From contig CBEVQY010000011.1 of assembly GCA_965552135.1 (NCBI GenBank), positions 864 to 64,863 of the forward strand: a DNA stretch of 64,000 nucleotides, read 5' to 3'. Origin of the DNA: an uncultured bacterium (GTDB taxonomy: Bacteria > UBP14 > UBA6098 > B30-G16). The notes under the pieces were generated by a model. That model was not told where the DNA came from, made no database searches, and saw nothing but the letters and a program-made list of their open reading frames with translations. The translations under genes and the position numbers were made by a program. This document shows, one piece after another, positions 1-9,845 of the stretch (position 1 is the first letter of the stretch; every line of letters starts with the position of its first letter).

Positions 1-1652
1 AGCTTGTGGACGAGCTTCAGCTACGCGGCGTAAGGCTCGGTCTTGACCTTAGGGGAGGGGTGCACCTTGTGATGGAGGTTGATACCACGAAGCTCCCGAC
101 CGATATGGCGGAGATACCGATAGATGAGGCTTTGGAGGTTATCCGCAGCCGCGTCGACCAGTTTGGCGTTGCGGAGCCTGTGATTCAGCGCGCCGGGCAG
201 AAGAGGATCGTCGTCGAGCTTCCGGGGATCCAGAACATCGAGAACGCGAAGAAACTCATTCAGGAGACGGCGGTTCTGGAGTTTCGGCTGATGCGCGATC
301 CCAAGGACGTTCAGCGCTTCGTAAGCAGCCTCGACAGGCTTTTGACGAACCATCCCGAGCTTTTGGAGCTTGCGCGACGCGGCGCTTCTGCGGCGGCGGA
401 GACTGCCGAAACCACGGCAGGCGAAGCCATCGCCGCTGCGGGAACGTCGGCGGCTCAGGAATCGCTGGCAACACAACCTGTGCTCACCATGGGCGAGCTT
501 ATGGCGCGCGAGTCGACCGAAACCGCCGCAGAAACAACGATCACCGGCGCCGAGATATTCGCGAAGGAGTCGACCGTCGCCGAAATACCAGAGGTCACCC
601 AAAAGCCGTTCTCGTCGATCGTGGATGTTGAGGAGAACTCGATCTTCGTTCCCGCCTCCGAGGTCGACCTCGTCGACAGGCTGCTTAAGCTGCCTGAGGT
701 CAAAAAGCTCTATCGCGGTTCCATCTTCCTCTGGAGCGCGCACTACAGGAACTACCAGGGGACGAGGGTCAAGGAGCTTTTCATGCTCAAGGACAAGGTT
801 GAGCTTACGGGTGATCACCTGACGAACGCGCGCTGGCGCTTTGGCAGCGGTTACGACCCGCGGACCGCCGGAAAACCTGTCGTCGACCTCGAGTTCGACA
901 GCAAGGGGGCGAAAATCTTTTCCCGCGTCACGGGGGCGAACATAAAGAAGCGTTTGGCAATCGTTTTGAACGACAAGGTCTACACGGCGCCCGTTATTCA
1001 GACGAAGATACGCAACGGCAGGGCGCAGATAACCGGCATAAGGCAGATAGACGAGGCGAAGATAATAGCCATCGTTTTGCGCGCGGGGTCGCTGCCCGTG
1101 CCCCTGAAGATAATCGAGGAGCGCACGGTCGGTCCTGCGCTCGGCGAGGATTCGATTCGCGCAGGCGTCCGCGCAGCCGTGGTGGGGCTTGTTATCGTTA
1201 TGATCTTTATGATCCTCTACTACCGCTTTGCCGGGATAGTTGCCTGCATCGCGCTGCTTTTGAACCTCCTCGTCCTTCTTGCGGCTATGGCGCTTTTGCA
1301 CGCAACGCTTACGCTGCCGGGGATCGCGGGTATCATCCTCACCGTCGGCATGGCTGTGGACGCGAACGTGCTTATATACGAGAGGATCCGCGAGGAGCTC
1401 CGCGCCGGAAGAACGGTCCGTATGGCGATAGAGGCGGGCTACTCCAGGGCGCTTTTGACCATAGTCGACGCGAACGTCACAACGCTTATCGCCGCGCTGG
1501 TGCTCTATTATTTCGGCACCGGTCCCATCCGCGGCTTCGCGGTGACACTGTCGCTGGGGCTCGTTATATCGATGTACACCGCCATAGTCGTCACGAGGAT
1601 GATTTTCGACTGGTACGTGGCGGCGTTCAGAAAGGAAAGTATAGCGATATAG
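1..1652 (+). CDS. secD: Protein translocase subunit SecD (5'-truncated by window edge)
   Basis: The ORF is open to the window start. It has the LGLDLRGG motif and a long periplasmic P1 domain. The C-terminal TM bundle (GVRAAVVGLVIVMIFMILYY..., LTLPGIAGIILTVGMAVDANVLIYERIRE) is typical of SecD. secF follows 22 nt downstream. Confidence 0.9.
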   Translation, partial: LVDELQLRGVRLGLDLRGGVHLVMEVDTTKLPTDMAEIPIDEALEVIRSRVDQFGVAEPVIQRAGQKRIVVELPGIQNIENAKKLIQETAVLEFRLMRDPKDVQRFVSSLDRLLTNHPELLELARRGASAAAETAETTAGEAIAAAGTSAAQESLATQPVLTMGELMARESTETAAETTITGAEIFAKESTVAEIPEVTQKPFSSIVDVEENSIFVPASEVDLVDRLLKLPEVKKLYRGSIFLWSAHYRNYQGTRVKELFMLKDKVELTGDHLTNARWRFGSGYDPRTAGKPVVDLEFDSKGAKIFSRVTGANIKKRLAIVLNDKVYTAPVIQTKIRNGRAQITGIRQIDEAKIIAIVLRAGSLPVPLKIIEERTVGPALGEDSIRAGVRAAVVGLVIVMIFMILYYRFAGIVACIALLLNLLVLLAAMALLHATLTLPGIAGIILTVGMAVDANVLIYERIREELRAGRTVRMAIEAGYSRALLTIVDANVTTLIAALVLYYFGTGPIRGFAVTLSLGLVISMYTAIVVTRMIFDWYVAAFRKESIAI

Positions 1653-1674
1653 CCGACGGAAAGGGGGAGAGGAA

Positions 1675-2607
1675 ATGGAGTTTTTCAGGGAGATCAACTG
1701 GGACTTTCTCAAATACCGCAAAATAGCCTTTGCTTTTTCGGGCGCTATGATTTTGGCGAGTTTGGTTTCCCTGATTGTGCACGGTGGTCCGCGCTACGGG
1801 ATCGATTTTACGGGCGGCAGGGTTTTGGAGGTCTCTTTCGGCAAGGCGCCCGACATAGCCCGGGTGCGCTCCGTTCTGGCGAAGGCAGGTTTTTCGGGCA
1901 TCGAGGTGCAGTCGGTCAAGGACAGACCTTGGGTGATATTCCGCGTGCCGATGGAGCTTGACGAAAAATACCCCGATTTCTCCGCGGTGATGCTCGAGAC
2001 CCTGAGGAACAACTTCACCCAACAGGCGGGCTTTACGATAGATGTGCTTTCAAACGAAAAGGTCGGTCCCAAAGTCGGTGCGGAGCTGCGGCGAAAGGCA
2101 ATATTAGCCGTGGTCCTGGCGCTTCTGGCGATGCTTGTGTACATATCGATCCGCTTCCAGTTCCGATTCGGCGTGGCGTCGGTTGTCGCACTCTTCCACG
2201 ATGCCTTCATAACCCTCGGGGTGTTCTCGATCCTGAACAAGGAGATAACGCTCCCCATAGTTGCTGCGCTTCTTACGATCGTCGGATATTCGATCAACGA
2301 CTCCATCGTCGTCTCCGACAGGATAAGGGAGAATATGGGCAAGCTCCGGAGGCTTTCGTTCTACGAGCTTGTCAACAAAAGCCTCAATCAGGTGTTCTCG
2401 AGGACGATCATAACCTCGTTTACGACTCTTGTCGTTGTGCTTTGCCTTTTGCTCTTCGGGGGAATAGTGATAAAGGACTTTGCCCTTGCGCTTTTCGTGG
2501 GCATCCTTGTGGGGACGTATTCGTCGATATACATCGTAAGCCCTCTTGTTGTTCAGTGGGAGAGGTGGTTTCCCAAGAGGGTTTCCGCTGCTCGTCGCAG
2601 CCGCTGA
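1675..2607 (+). CDS. secF: Protein translocase subunit SecF
   Basis: A GGAGAGG SD precedes the ATG. The N-terminus reads 'INWDFLKYRK...GIDFTGG'. The C-terminal TM bundle reads 'SINDSIVVSDRIRE'. The gene lies immediately downstream of secD. Confidence 0.9.
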   Translation: MEFFREINWDFLKYRKIAFAFSGAMILASLVSLIVHGGPRYGIDFTGGRVLEVSFGKAPDIARVRSVLAKAGFSGIEVQSVKDRPWVIFRVPMELDEKYPDFSAVMLETLRNNFTQQAGFTIDVLSNEKVGPKVGAELRRKAILAVVLALLAMLVYISIRFQFRFGVASVVALFHDAFITLGVFSILNKEITLPIVAALLTIVGYSINDSIVVSDRIRENMGKLRRLSFYELVNKSLNQVFSRTIITSFTTLVVVLCLLLFGGIVIKDFALALFVGILVGTYSSIYIVSPLVVQWERWFPKRVSAARRSR

Positions 2608-2619
2608 GTGCTTAGGCAG

Positions 2620-3585
2620 ATGGAGTTCGACCTCATCGAGCTTTTGAAGAGGCGCTTTCCCGACTACATCGGCGACGACTGTGCCGTTGTCCCGCCGCGG
2701 GAGGGGAGGCTCCTTGTTACCGTCGACGAGCTTTGCGAGGGGATCCACTTCTCGCTGGAGTACTTCTCCCTCTCCGACGTTGGTTACAAGTCGGTAAGTG
2801 CGGCGTGCTCCGATATAGCGGCTATGGGGGGCACGCCTGCGGGGGTTGTTTTGGCGCTTGGCTTGCCCGAGGGGTTTTCGGAGGCTGAGCTTGCAGAGCT
2901 CTACGACGGCGTCTCCGACTTCTGCGGCAGGTGGGGAATATCGGTCTACGGCGGGAACATCTCCGGCAGTCGCTGCGGCGTTCGCGTGGTGACAGCGGTC
3001 CTGGGCTTTGCGGAGGCACCGGTTATGAGGAGCGGCGCGCGTCCGGGCGACCTTATCGCCGTAACGGGCGAGCTCGGCGCCTCATCCGCCGGAATGCTTT
3101 TGCTCTCACGCGCCGTCGAGGCAAGACTTGATGACAAGCTGTTCTCCGCCCTCGCACGGAGGCACAGGCGACCCGATGCCCGCATAGACGCAGGGAAGAT
3201 CATAGCCTCTTTGGGCGCAACGGCTATGATAGATGTATCCGACGGCTTCTGGTCTGATCTTGTTCACCTGGCGCGGGCTTCGGGGGTTGGCGTTTCCGTT
3301 GACCTGGGGAGGCTCCCTTTAGCCTGCGGCGTTTCGACGGTTGCCGAGGCTTTGGGCGTTTTGCCGCAGGTGTTCGCCGCAAGAAGCGGCGAGGAGTTCG
3401 AGCTTGTCTTTACGGCGCCCGAGGATGCGATGCGCCGCATACGCTCGGAGCTTGCCGAAAGGCTTGGGCTTGCCGCAACGGTCGTCGGCGAGGTGACGTC
3501 GTCGCCGAAGCTTTGCGCAAGGCTGGAGGGCAAAAGCGTTCCCCCCGAGGAGATGCAGGGATGGCAGCATCTGAGCAAAGGTTAG
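2620..3585 (+). CDS. thiL: Thiamine-monophosphate kinase ThiL (AIR-synthase-related fold)
   Basis: The N-terminus 'MEFDLIELLKRRF...GDDCAVV' matches ThiL, and the domain layout is PurM-like. Start is taken at ATG 2620, with an alternative GTG at 2608 directly after the secF stop. Confidence 0.75.
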   Translation: MEFDLIELLKRRFPDYIGDDCAVVPPREGRLLVTVDELCEGIHFSLEYFSLSDVGYKSVSAACSDIAAMGGTPAGVVLALGLPEGFSEAELAELYDGVSDFCGRWGISVYGGNISGSRCGVRVVTAVLGFAEAPVMRSGARPGDLIAVTGELGASSAGMLLLSRAVEARLDDKLFSALARRHRRPDARIDAGKIIASLGATAMIDVSDGFWSDLVHLARASGVGVSVDLGRLPLACGVSTVAEALGVLPQVFAARSGEEFELVFTAPEDAMRRIRSELAERLGLAATVVGEVTSSPKLCARLEGKSVPPEEMQGWQHLSKG

Positions 3586-4838
3586 GGCTTTCGGCCAACG
3601 ATCCTTCCCGTAAGTGCGAGGTTTGAGGCGACATCGACCTCGACGAGAATCGTCTCCCCTCGGAAAGCCTCTCCCACAGCCTCGACGCGGAGGTAGTTTG
3701 GGCAGTGCCCGAAGGCTTTGGCGCCCTCTGTGCGCTCTACGAGGACCTCCACGACCTTCCCCACGAACCTTTCGGCGAAGGCGCGCCGGTTCTCGCGGTC
3801 GATCTCGGCAAGGAGCCTCATCCTCTCCTTCACCACCGCTGCCGGAAGGGGCGCAAGCTCCGAAGCCTTCGTTGCCGGCCGCGGCGAAAACCTGAAGAGA
3901 TGGGCGTAGGCTATCGATCCGCTCCGAAGGAGGGAGACGGTTTCTCCGAAGTCGGCTTCGGTTTCGGTGGGGAAGCCGACGATGATGTCCGTCCCAACGC
4001 ACAGGTCCTCCCTTTCGGCGCGGATATCCTCGAGTCGCTCGAGGACCTCCCCAATGCTGTAGCGAGGGCGACCCATTTCGCGCAAAAGCCTTTCGCTCCC
4101 CGACTGCAGTGGAACGTGCAGGTGCGGCGCGATCCTCCGTTGCGTCGCGATGAGCTTAGCAAGCTCGTCCGTAAGCCCCGGCGGCTCGAGCGAAGAAAGC
4201 CTCAGCCTCTGCACGTCCGTTTCGTCGAGGAGCCTCTGCAGGAGGTGGTGGAGCCTCATCTTGCCCCAGCGCCAGTCGCCGATGTCGACGCCCGTTACGA
4301 CGATCTCGGAAAAACCTTTCCTCACAAGCTCCCTCGCGTTTTCTACGATCTCGTCTGGGTTTCTGCTGCGCGACGGCCCCCGGACTATGGGTACGATGCA
4401 GTACGAGCACCTTCTGCTGCAGCCGTCCTGGATCTTGAGCCAGCAGCGCGCCCTCCTCACCCCGAACCCCTCGATCGACGGGAAGTCGTCAGCCCTCTGC
4501 GGGGGAGCGGAGGTGAGGTAGGCTGGGATGTTATATCGCCATTCCCTTCCCACGATCTCCACGCCCTCGGGCGCCGCCAAAAGCCCCTTAAGGATTGCCT
4601 GCGCGGTGCACCCCGTAAGGATGATTCGCGCCCTTTGGTTTTGGCGCCGCACCCTGCGGACGAACTGCCTCAGCTTCTGGTCGGCGCGGGCGGTGACGGT
4701 GCAACCGTTTACGACGACGACCTCCGCCTCGCGAAGCGGCGCAGGGCGAAAGCCCGCACGAAGAAAACTCTCGAAGATAACATCCCCCTCGTACTGGTTG
4801 AGCTTGCAGCCAAAGCTTTTGACGAAGAAAGTCGCCAT
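3582..4838 (-). CDS. MiaB/RimO-family radical-SAM methylthiotransferase (MtaB-like) with C-terminal TRAM domain
   Basis: The N-terminal MTTase domain has three conserved Cys (FGCKLNQYEG...NGCTVT...TGC). The radical-SAM motif is CSRRCSYC. The TRAM-like C-terminus reads 'FVGKVVEVLVE'. The gene is convergent with thiL, with a 4-nt overlap. Confidence 0.8.
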   Translation of the reverse strand: MATFFVKSFGCKLNQYEGDVIFESFLRAGFRPAPLREAEVVVVNGCTVTARADQKLRQFVRRVRRQNQRARIILTGCTAQAILKGLLAAPEGVEIVGREWRYNIPAYLTSAPPQRADDFPSIEGFGVRRARCWLKIQDGCSRRCSYCIVPIVRGPSRSRNPDEIVENARELVRKGFSEIVVTGVDIGDWRWGKMRLHHLLQRLLDETDVQRLRLSSLEPPGLTDELAKLIATQRRIAPHLHVPLQSGSERLLREMGRPRYSIGEVLERLEDIRAEREDLCVGTDIIVGFPTETEADFGETVSLLRSGSIAYAHLFRFSPRPATKASELAPLPAAVVKERMRLLAEIDRENRRAFAERFVGKVVEVLVERTEGAKAFGHCPNYLRVEAVGEAFRGETILVEVDVASNLALTGRIVGRKP

Positions 4839-4859
4839 GGCAAAACAAGAAAGGTTTCG

Positions 4860-4901
4860 GTCAAACGCCTTGCGAAATAAGTCGAGCTTAATATTATTTA
4901 T
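4860..4901 (+). promoter_or_regulatory. AT-rich putative divergent promoter region between the mtaB-like gene and the subtilase gene
   Basis: This is the only AT-rich stretch locally (cttaatattatttatttg). A TTGCGA-N16-TATTAT arrangement ends 4 nt before the ATG, so a leaderless or short-leader transcript is possible. No experimental support. Confidence 0.25.
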
Positions 4902-7900
4902 TTGATGAAGGGTCTTTATTTCAAATCACTTCTTTGCGTTTTGTGGCTTGTAGGGTGTGTTTTTTCCCAGCAAAATCCCGTTTTAATCTCGACCGTAAAC
5001 TACAAGTTCGACCCGCTTTCCGAGGAGGTCCCCGTTCCGGAAAGTCTTCGCGTCAAGCCAGAGCCCGCAGGCGAGAACTTCTACATCGTCCAGTTCGAGG
5101 GACCTGTGCTTGAGGGCTGGAAGGAGGAGCTCGAAAAGCTTGGCGTAAAGCTATACGACTACATAAACTACTTTGCCTTCATCGTCAGGGCGACCGAGCA
5201 GGAGCGGCAGAGGGTGGAGAAGCTCCCCTACGTTCGCTGGGTTGGGCTCTTCCACCCCGGCTACAAGCTCGACCCGAACCTGGGCAAGATCATATACGAC
5301 CCCACCGACAGCCTCTACAGGGTTTTGGTGTGGTTTTTCCCCGACGTCGACACGGTCTACGCCCGCAAGCAAATAGAGGCTTTGGGCGGGGAGATCGTCT
5401 ACGTCGTCTATGCGCCGAAGTACAGGATCGTCCGCTACGACGTTCGCATCGCCTTCGAGCAGGTGAAGGAACTTGCTTTTATACCGGAGGTCAAGTGGGT
5501 AACGCCTCAGGCGCGCAAGGAGCTTAAGAACCACACGACGACCTTCAACGTTCAGCACTTCGGCAGCTGCACCTTCTGCGCCGACAGAGACACGACCTGT
5601 TGGGCTAAGGGGCTGCACGGGGAGGGGCAGATAATAGGGATCTGCGACACGGGGCTCGACTACAACCACTGCGCCTTCCGCGATCCCGCCCACCTCACCG
5701 ACTTCGGTCCTTCGCACCGCAAGATCGTTCGCAACCAGGCGTACGGCACGGGCGCGGAGCTCTACGACGGCGAGACCGACGGTCACGGAACACACGTCGC
5801 CGGAACCGCCGCGGGAGACCAGTCGTACATAACGGGAAGCACCTGGAACAACGGCATAGCCTACAAGGCAAAGATATCCTTTGCCGACGTGTGCGACTGC
5901 AGCGGGAACTTCTCCAACTTCACCTTCACCACGATCCTCTCCGACGCATACAACGACGGCGCCAGGGTGCATTCGAACTCGTGGGGCTACGGAGCATCCA
6001 CAGCGGGAGATTACAACTACGAAGCCATAGATGCCGACGCGTTTATGTGGGATAACAAGGATTTTCTCATCCTTTTTGCCGCCGGCAACGACGGTCCGAC
6101 GTACGTTGTCGAGCCGCCTGCCACGGCGAAAGATATCGTCACGGTTGGAGCCACGGGCGGAACGGACAACACAAGCTACTCCAACCGAGACGAGGAGTAC
6201 ATGACCGACTATTCCTGCCCTGGACCTTGTGATGACGGGAGGCGCAAGCCGACGGTTGTTGCGCCGGGGCACTGGATAGCGTCGGTGGACAACGACGACG
6301 GCGATTGCTGTCCATCGTGCGCGGCGACGTGCGCCTACGAGAGCACGTTCGTAAGCGGCACAAGCGTATACATCTGGACGGGGACCTCCATGGCTTGCCC
6401 TGCGGCGGCGGGATGCGCCGCCCTCGTGAGGCAGTACTTCACGGAGGGATGGTATCCCTCGGGCACGAAGAACCCCGACGATGCGTTCACACCAAGCGCT
6501 GCGCTTATAAAGGCTGTTTTGGTCAACTGCGCCGACGATATGGCTGGGGAAAGCGATTGGCCGACGATGAACCAAGGCTTTGGCAGGATAGACCTCGACA
6601 ACGCCCTCTACTTTGCAGGCGACTCAAGGGTCCTTTCCGTGGTCGACGAAACCGTGGGGCTTTCAACTGGCGAGGCAGACACATACTACTACCAGGTTGG
6701 CAGCTCCGAGCCTTTGGAGATAACGCTTGTGTGGACCGACCACGAGGCGCCCGCACTGGCTGATCCGTGCATACAAAACGACCTTGATCTTACCGTGAAG
6801 ATCGGCGGCAACACGTACTACGGGAACGTCTTTTCGGGCAGGCAGTCGACGACGGGCGGCAGTCGCGACAGCCTCAACGTCGTCGAGGCGTTTTTGCTCA
6901 AAAACCCGCCCGCGGCGGAGTGCACGGTCATCGTCTCGGCGTACAACACTCCCTACAGCCCTCAGCCCTACGCCCTGTGCGTGACGGGTGATCTTCCCGT
7001 AAATCATCTTCCCGGCGCGCCTTTGGCCCGCAGGCTTTTCGACAACGAGCGCATGGGCAGCACAACACCCGTGCTTGAGTGGGATGTTCCCCCCGACGCC
7101 GACGGAGATAGTCTGCACTTCAGGGTCCAGTGGGCGACCGATGCAGACTTCTCGTCGGGATTGGTCACGGTTGAGAGCAGATACGACGCCACAGGCTTCA
7201 GCCCGACCCCGCCTTCGGCTCCCGGAGTGGGCACGTGCTCGTACACGATAGGCAGCCAGGGCGAGGGCTCCCTCTCTGATGGGACCACCTATTGGTGGCG
7301 CGTTGCGGCTTACGACGGCGTTGCCTACGGGAGCTGGTCGCAGCCGCGGAGCTTTACGGTAAACGTCGCGCAGACCGAGTCCGACTGGTTCCAAACGACA
7401 ACCGACCAGTTCGAGACCGACTCGCTTGTCGACCTTTCCGCAAGCGCCGATGCGCTGTACCTTGCGACCTTCCCCGCATACACCGAGGAGCTTTTCTGGG
7501 ACGACGGCGGCACCGAGTGCAACTACTTCTCGAACCCATATTATTTTGCGTGCCTCTTCCAGCCCGCGCAGCCTTGCAGCATACTTTCGGCAAAGTTCTA
7601 CGTGAGCCGAAGCTCCCTCAACACGGCTGCAGCCTGCTCGCTTTTCGTTTGGGAGTATTCGGGCACGACGCCCGGGGCGGTTGTTTACGGTCCCGTTGCG
7701 TTCAGACCACCGACCTCGGGATGGGTGACGGTAAACCTCCCAACACCCTACTACGACGCCGATGGGCAGTTCTGGCTCGGAGCCTTCTTCCCGAACAATC
7801 AAAACCTCTTTCGCTACCTGCGTCTGTGTTCCGAGAACAACGCGCCCATAAACGAAAAGACCTACTTCTCAAGCTCCCGCACAGGTCCGTGGAACCACGA

Positions 7901-8729
7901 TGCGGGCTACGACGACTACATCCGCGCAGTGGTCAAGTATCCCTCAAGCGACGCCGATTCAGGGAGGGTTTTCTCCACGCGTGTTGTGCTGAGCGAGAAC
8001 CCGGGCACCCCCACGGGCTGGGATAAGGTTTTGTGGACGGAGTGCGACGGCGACAGCATTTTGGTGACGGTGGAGTACCGCAGCGGCGGCGCTTGGAACA
8101 AGATAGCCGACACCGCCACAGTCATCTCCGGAACGAGCGGTCAGCTCGATATATCCTCCCTGGGGACCACCGACACGATCCGCGTTGTGGGCATTCTCTA
8201 CCGCAAGGGCGGTGCTTCGCCCTCGCTGCAGGACTGGGCGGTTGCGTGTGCTTTCGGCAACGTCGGCGTAAGACTTCTTGTGGGCGATGCTTCGGGTCCG
8301 GATTACACCGAGTGGTCGCTTGGGCTTCTTTCGGCGGGCGAGACGAGGATAATGGGCGCCGCCGACAGGGTTTACGTCAAAAACACAGGCTCGGTGCCCA
8401 TAGACATAAGCATAAAGGCGTCGCCCATCGCCTGGAGCTATTCCGATGCCCCCGGGCCGGACGAGTGCGTCCTTATGGCGCTTTTCAACGGCACTACCGT
8501 GCCCAGCGCCTCCGATTTCTCGACGCTTTACGACACGCTCGGCACGAACTTCAGGGCTGCGGGGACGTCGCCGGACGGTAAGTTCGCGGGTCCATCGAAC
8601 GACGGCGTCGGAATCCCCGCCGGCGGCGGCGAGGAACTCTACTTCTACTTCCAGGCGCCAAGCCCTAACACGATCCCGAGCCAGCAGACAATAACGGTCA
8701 CCATCCAAGCCGTTGAGCATGTGCCTTAG
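4902..8729 (+). CDS. Large secreted subtilisin-like serine protease (peptidase S8) with N-terminal I9-like propeptide and ~700 aa C-terminal extension (Fn3-like / beta-sandwich domains)
   Basis: The signal peptide reads MMKGLYFKSLLCVLWLVGCVFS|QQ. The catalytic triad motifs are D in 'GICDTGLDYNHC', H in 'HGTHVAGTAAG' and S in 'GTSMACPAAAG'. There is no T9SS CTD at the C-terminus. Confidence 0.9.
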   Translation: MMKGLYFKSLLCVLWLVGCVFSQQNPVLISTVNYKFDPLSEEVPVPESLRVKPEPAGENFYIVQFEGPVLEGWKEELEKLGVKLYDYINYFAFIVRATEQERQRVEKLPYVRWVGLFHPGYKLDPNLGKIIYDPTDSLYRVLVWFFPDVDTVYARKQIEALGGEIVYVVYAPKYRIVRYDVRIAFEQVKELAFIPEVKWVTPQARKELKNHTTTFNVQHFGSCTFCADRDTTCWAKGLHGEGQIIGICDTGLDYNHCAFRDPAHLTDFGPSHRKIVRNQAYGTGAELYDGETDGHGTHVAGTAAGDQSYITGSTWNNGIAYKAKISFADVCDCSGNFSNFTFTTILSDAYNDGARVHSNSWGYGASTAGDYNYEAIDADAFMWDNKDFLILFAAGNDGPTYVVEPPATAKDIVTVGATGGTDNTSYSNRDEEYMTDYSCPGPCDDGRRKPTVVAPGHWIASVDNDDGDCCPSCAATCAYESTFVSGTSVYIWTGTSMACPAAAGCAALVRQYFTEGWYPSGTKNPDDAFTPSAALIKAVLVNCADDMAGESDWPTMNQGFGRIDLDNALYFAGDSRVLSVVDETVGLSTGEADTYYYQVGSSEPLEITLVWTDHEAPALADPCIQNDLDLTVKIGGNTYYGNVFSGRQSTTGGSRDSLNVVEAFLLKNPPAAECTVIVSAYNTPYSPQPYALCVTGDLPVNHLPGAPLARRLFDNERMGSTTPVLEWDVPPDADGDSLHFRVQWATDADFSSGLVTVESRYDATGFSPTPPSAPGVGTCSYTIGSQGEGSLSDGTTYWWRVAAYDGVAYGSWSQPRSFTVNVAQTESDWFQTTTDQFETDSLVDLSASADALYLATFPAYTEELFWDDGGTECNYFSNPYYFACLFQPAQPCSILSAKFYVSRSSLNTAAACSLFVWEYSGTTPGAVVYGPVAFRPPTSGWVTVNLPTPYYDADGQFWLGAFFPNNQNLFRYLRLCSENNAPINEKTYFSSSRTGPWNHDAGYDDYIRAVVKYPSSDADSGRVFSTRVVLSENPGTPTGWDKVLWTECDGDSILVTVEYRSGGAWNKIADTATVISGTSGQLDISSLGTTDTIRVVGILYRKGGASPSLQDWAVACAFGNVGVRLLVGDASGPDYTEWSLGLLSAGETRIMGAADRVYVKNTGSVPIDISIKASPIAWSYSDAPGPDECVLMALFNGTTVPSASDFSTLYDTLGTNFRAAGTSPDGKFAGPSNDGVGIPAGGGEELYFYFQAPSPNTIPSQQTITVTIQAVEHVP

Positions 8730-8733
8730 GGAA

Positions 8734-9270
8734 ATGAGGCTTGCATTTTTAAAGATATTTGCCATTTTGTTAGTTGTGGGAGCGGTTTTGAGCGCGGAGG
8801 AGGCGAGCTTTTGCGTGAGGGTGACGGTGGAGTTTTTGAGCCTGAGGCTCTTGGACCTGGGGGGAGAGGAATATATCTCCTTCTACACCGCGCTCCTTGA
8901 GCCCGGCGATACCGCTACAACCGATTCCGCAGCTGGGGTTTGGCTGAAAAACGAAAGCAACGTGCCCACGGGGCTTGTTGCGTGGGCTTGTGACGACACG
9001 TTTTTCGTTTATCCCGAAAGCGTTTGGGCGGTGTGTGCTCTGCCGGGGCGCGACACATGTGCAATTGGGCTTGCGCTTTACGAAACCTCTTGCCAGCCCA
9101 ACATATCCGATGCCCATTGGCTTTCCGAAACGCCTGTCCCGGTGGCGTCGGGATTGGCGCCGGGGGAAAGCAGGTTCGGATATATCTTCTTTGTCGCGCC
9201 AACCGACAGCGCCGAGTACGGCGAACCGCAGCACAGGGTCAGGTTGACCGTAGCCGTTTTCCCCGAGTGA
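8734..9270 (+). CDS. Small secreted Cys-containing protein, paralog A (unknown family)
   Basis: A signal peptide is present. The mature protein begins 'SFCVRVTVEFLSL' and ends 'RVRLTVAVFPE'. It is a paralog of the next gene, with the same first and last beta-strand pattern and an 'AP(T)S/DSA' motif. It starts 5 nt after the subtilase stop codon. Confidence 0.6.
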   Translation: MRLAFLKIFAILLVVGAVLSAEEASFCVRVTVEFLSLRLLDLGGEEYISFYTALLEPGDTATTDSAAGVWLKNESNVPTGLVAWACDDTFFVYPESVWAVCALPGRDTCAIGLALYETSCQPNISDAHWLSETPVPVASGLAPGESRFGYIFFVAPTDSAEYGEPQHRVRLTVAVFPE

Positions 9271-9292
9271 AACCAAAAGCAGGAGGTGAGAG

Positions 9293-9835
9293 ATGAGGAG
9301 GGTGCTTTTGGGCGTTTTCGTCCTGGCGCTTTTGGGAGCGCTTTGGGCGGCTGAAGACAGCTTCAACATCACGGTGACGGTGGAGTATCTGGAGATCGAT
9401 CTCCTCACTGCCGACGGGTCGAATCCCTACCCCGGCTGGGACCTTGGGACCGTTGCGGCTGGTCAAAGCGACACGATGACCACAGGCTCCGGCGGAGATC
9501 ACGTTCTGGTCGACAACAACTGCAACACAAGCGTTGACTTTTCGGTTTACGTGACGACGTCGGCGCCAGGGGCGTGTGGCTACGGAACGCCGACAGCCTG
9601 GACACCCGCTCCGACCGCAGGAGCCGACCAGTTCGTGCTCTCGGTGGGCAAGGGAGACCTAAGCAGCCTCCCCTCAAGCTGGACGACCGTGACTGCCACC
9701 ACATCTCCCGGCGATGTGTATGCGGCTGGCGAGCCTGCGGGGACTGATCACCACTTCTACGCCGCGTTCACGGCGCCCACAAGCGTTTCGGACGGATGTC
9801 AGCACTCCATAACTGTGCACATCGTGGCGCAGTGA
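9293..9835 (+). CDS. Small secreted Cys-containing protein, paralog B (unknown family)
   Basis: An AGGAGGTG SD precedes the ATG. The signal peptide reads ...LWA|AED. The mature protein runs 'SFNITVTVEYLEIDLL' ... 'HSITVHIVAQ'. It is Thr/Ser/Gly-rich and has 4 Cys. Confidence 0.65.
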   Translation: MRRVLLGVFVLALLGALWAAEDSFNITVTVEYLEIDLLTADGSNPYPGWDLGTVAAGQSDTMTTGSGGDHVLVDNNCNTSVDFSVYVTTSAPGACGYGTPTAWTPAPTAGADQFVLSVGKGDLSSLPSSWTTVTATTSPGDVYAAGEPAGTDHHFYAAFTAPTSVSDGCQHSITVHIVAQ

Positions 9836-9845
9836 GGTTGGCGCG

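Noticed and set aside
21-1721. 566-aa ORF antisense to secD. Similar long antisense ORFs occur throughout: 5151-6575, 6663-7802, 10491-11936, 14359-16197, 37668-42314 (1548 aa), 42351-45038 (895 aa), 46215-47201, 51498-52577, 52703-54409 and 55535-56566.
   Set aside because: These are shadow ORFs expected in roughly 60% GC DNA. They are R/P/G/A-rich with no recognisable domains, no SD or signal peptide, and each lies entirely inside a well-supported gene on the opposite strand.
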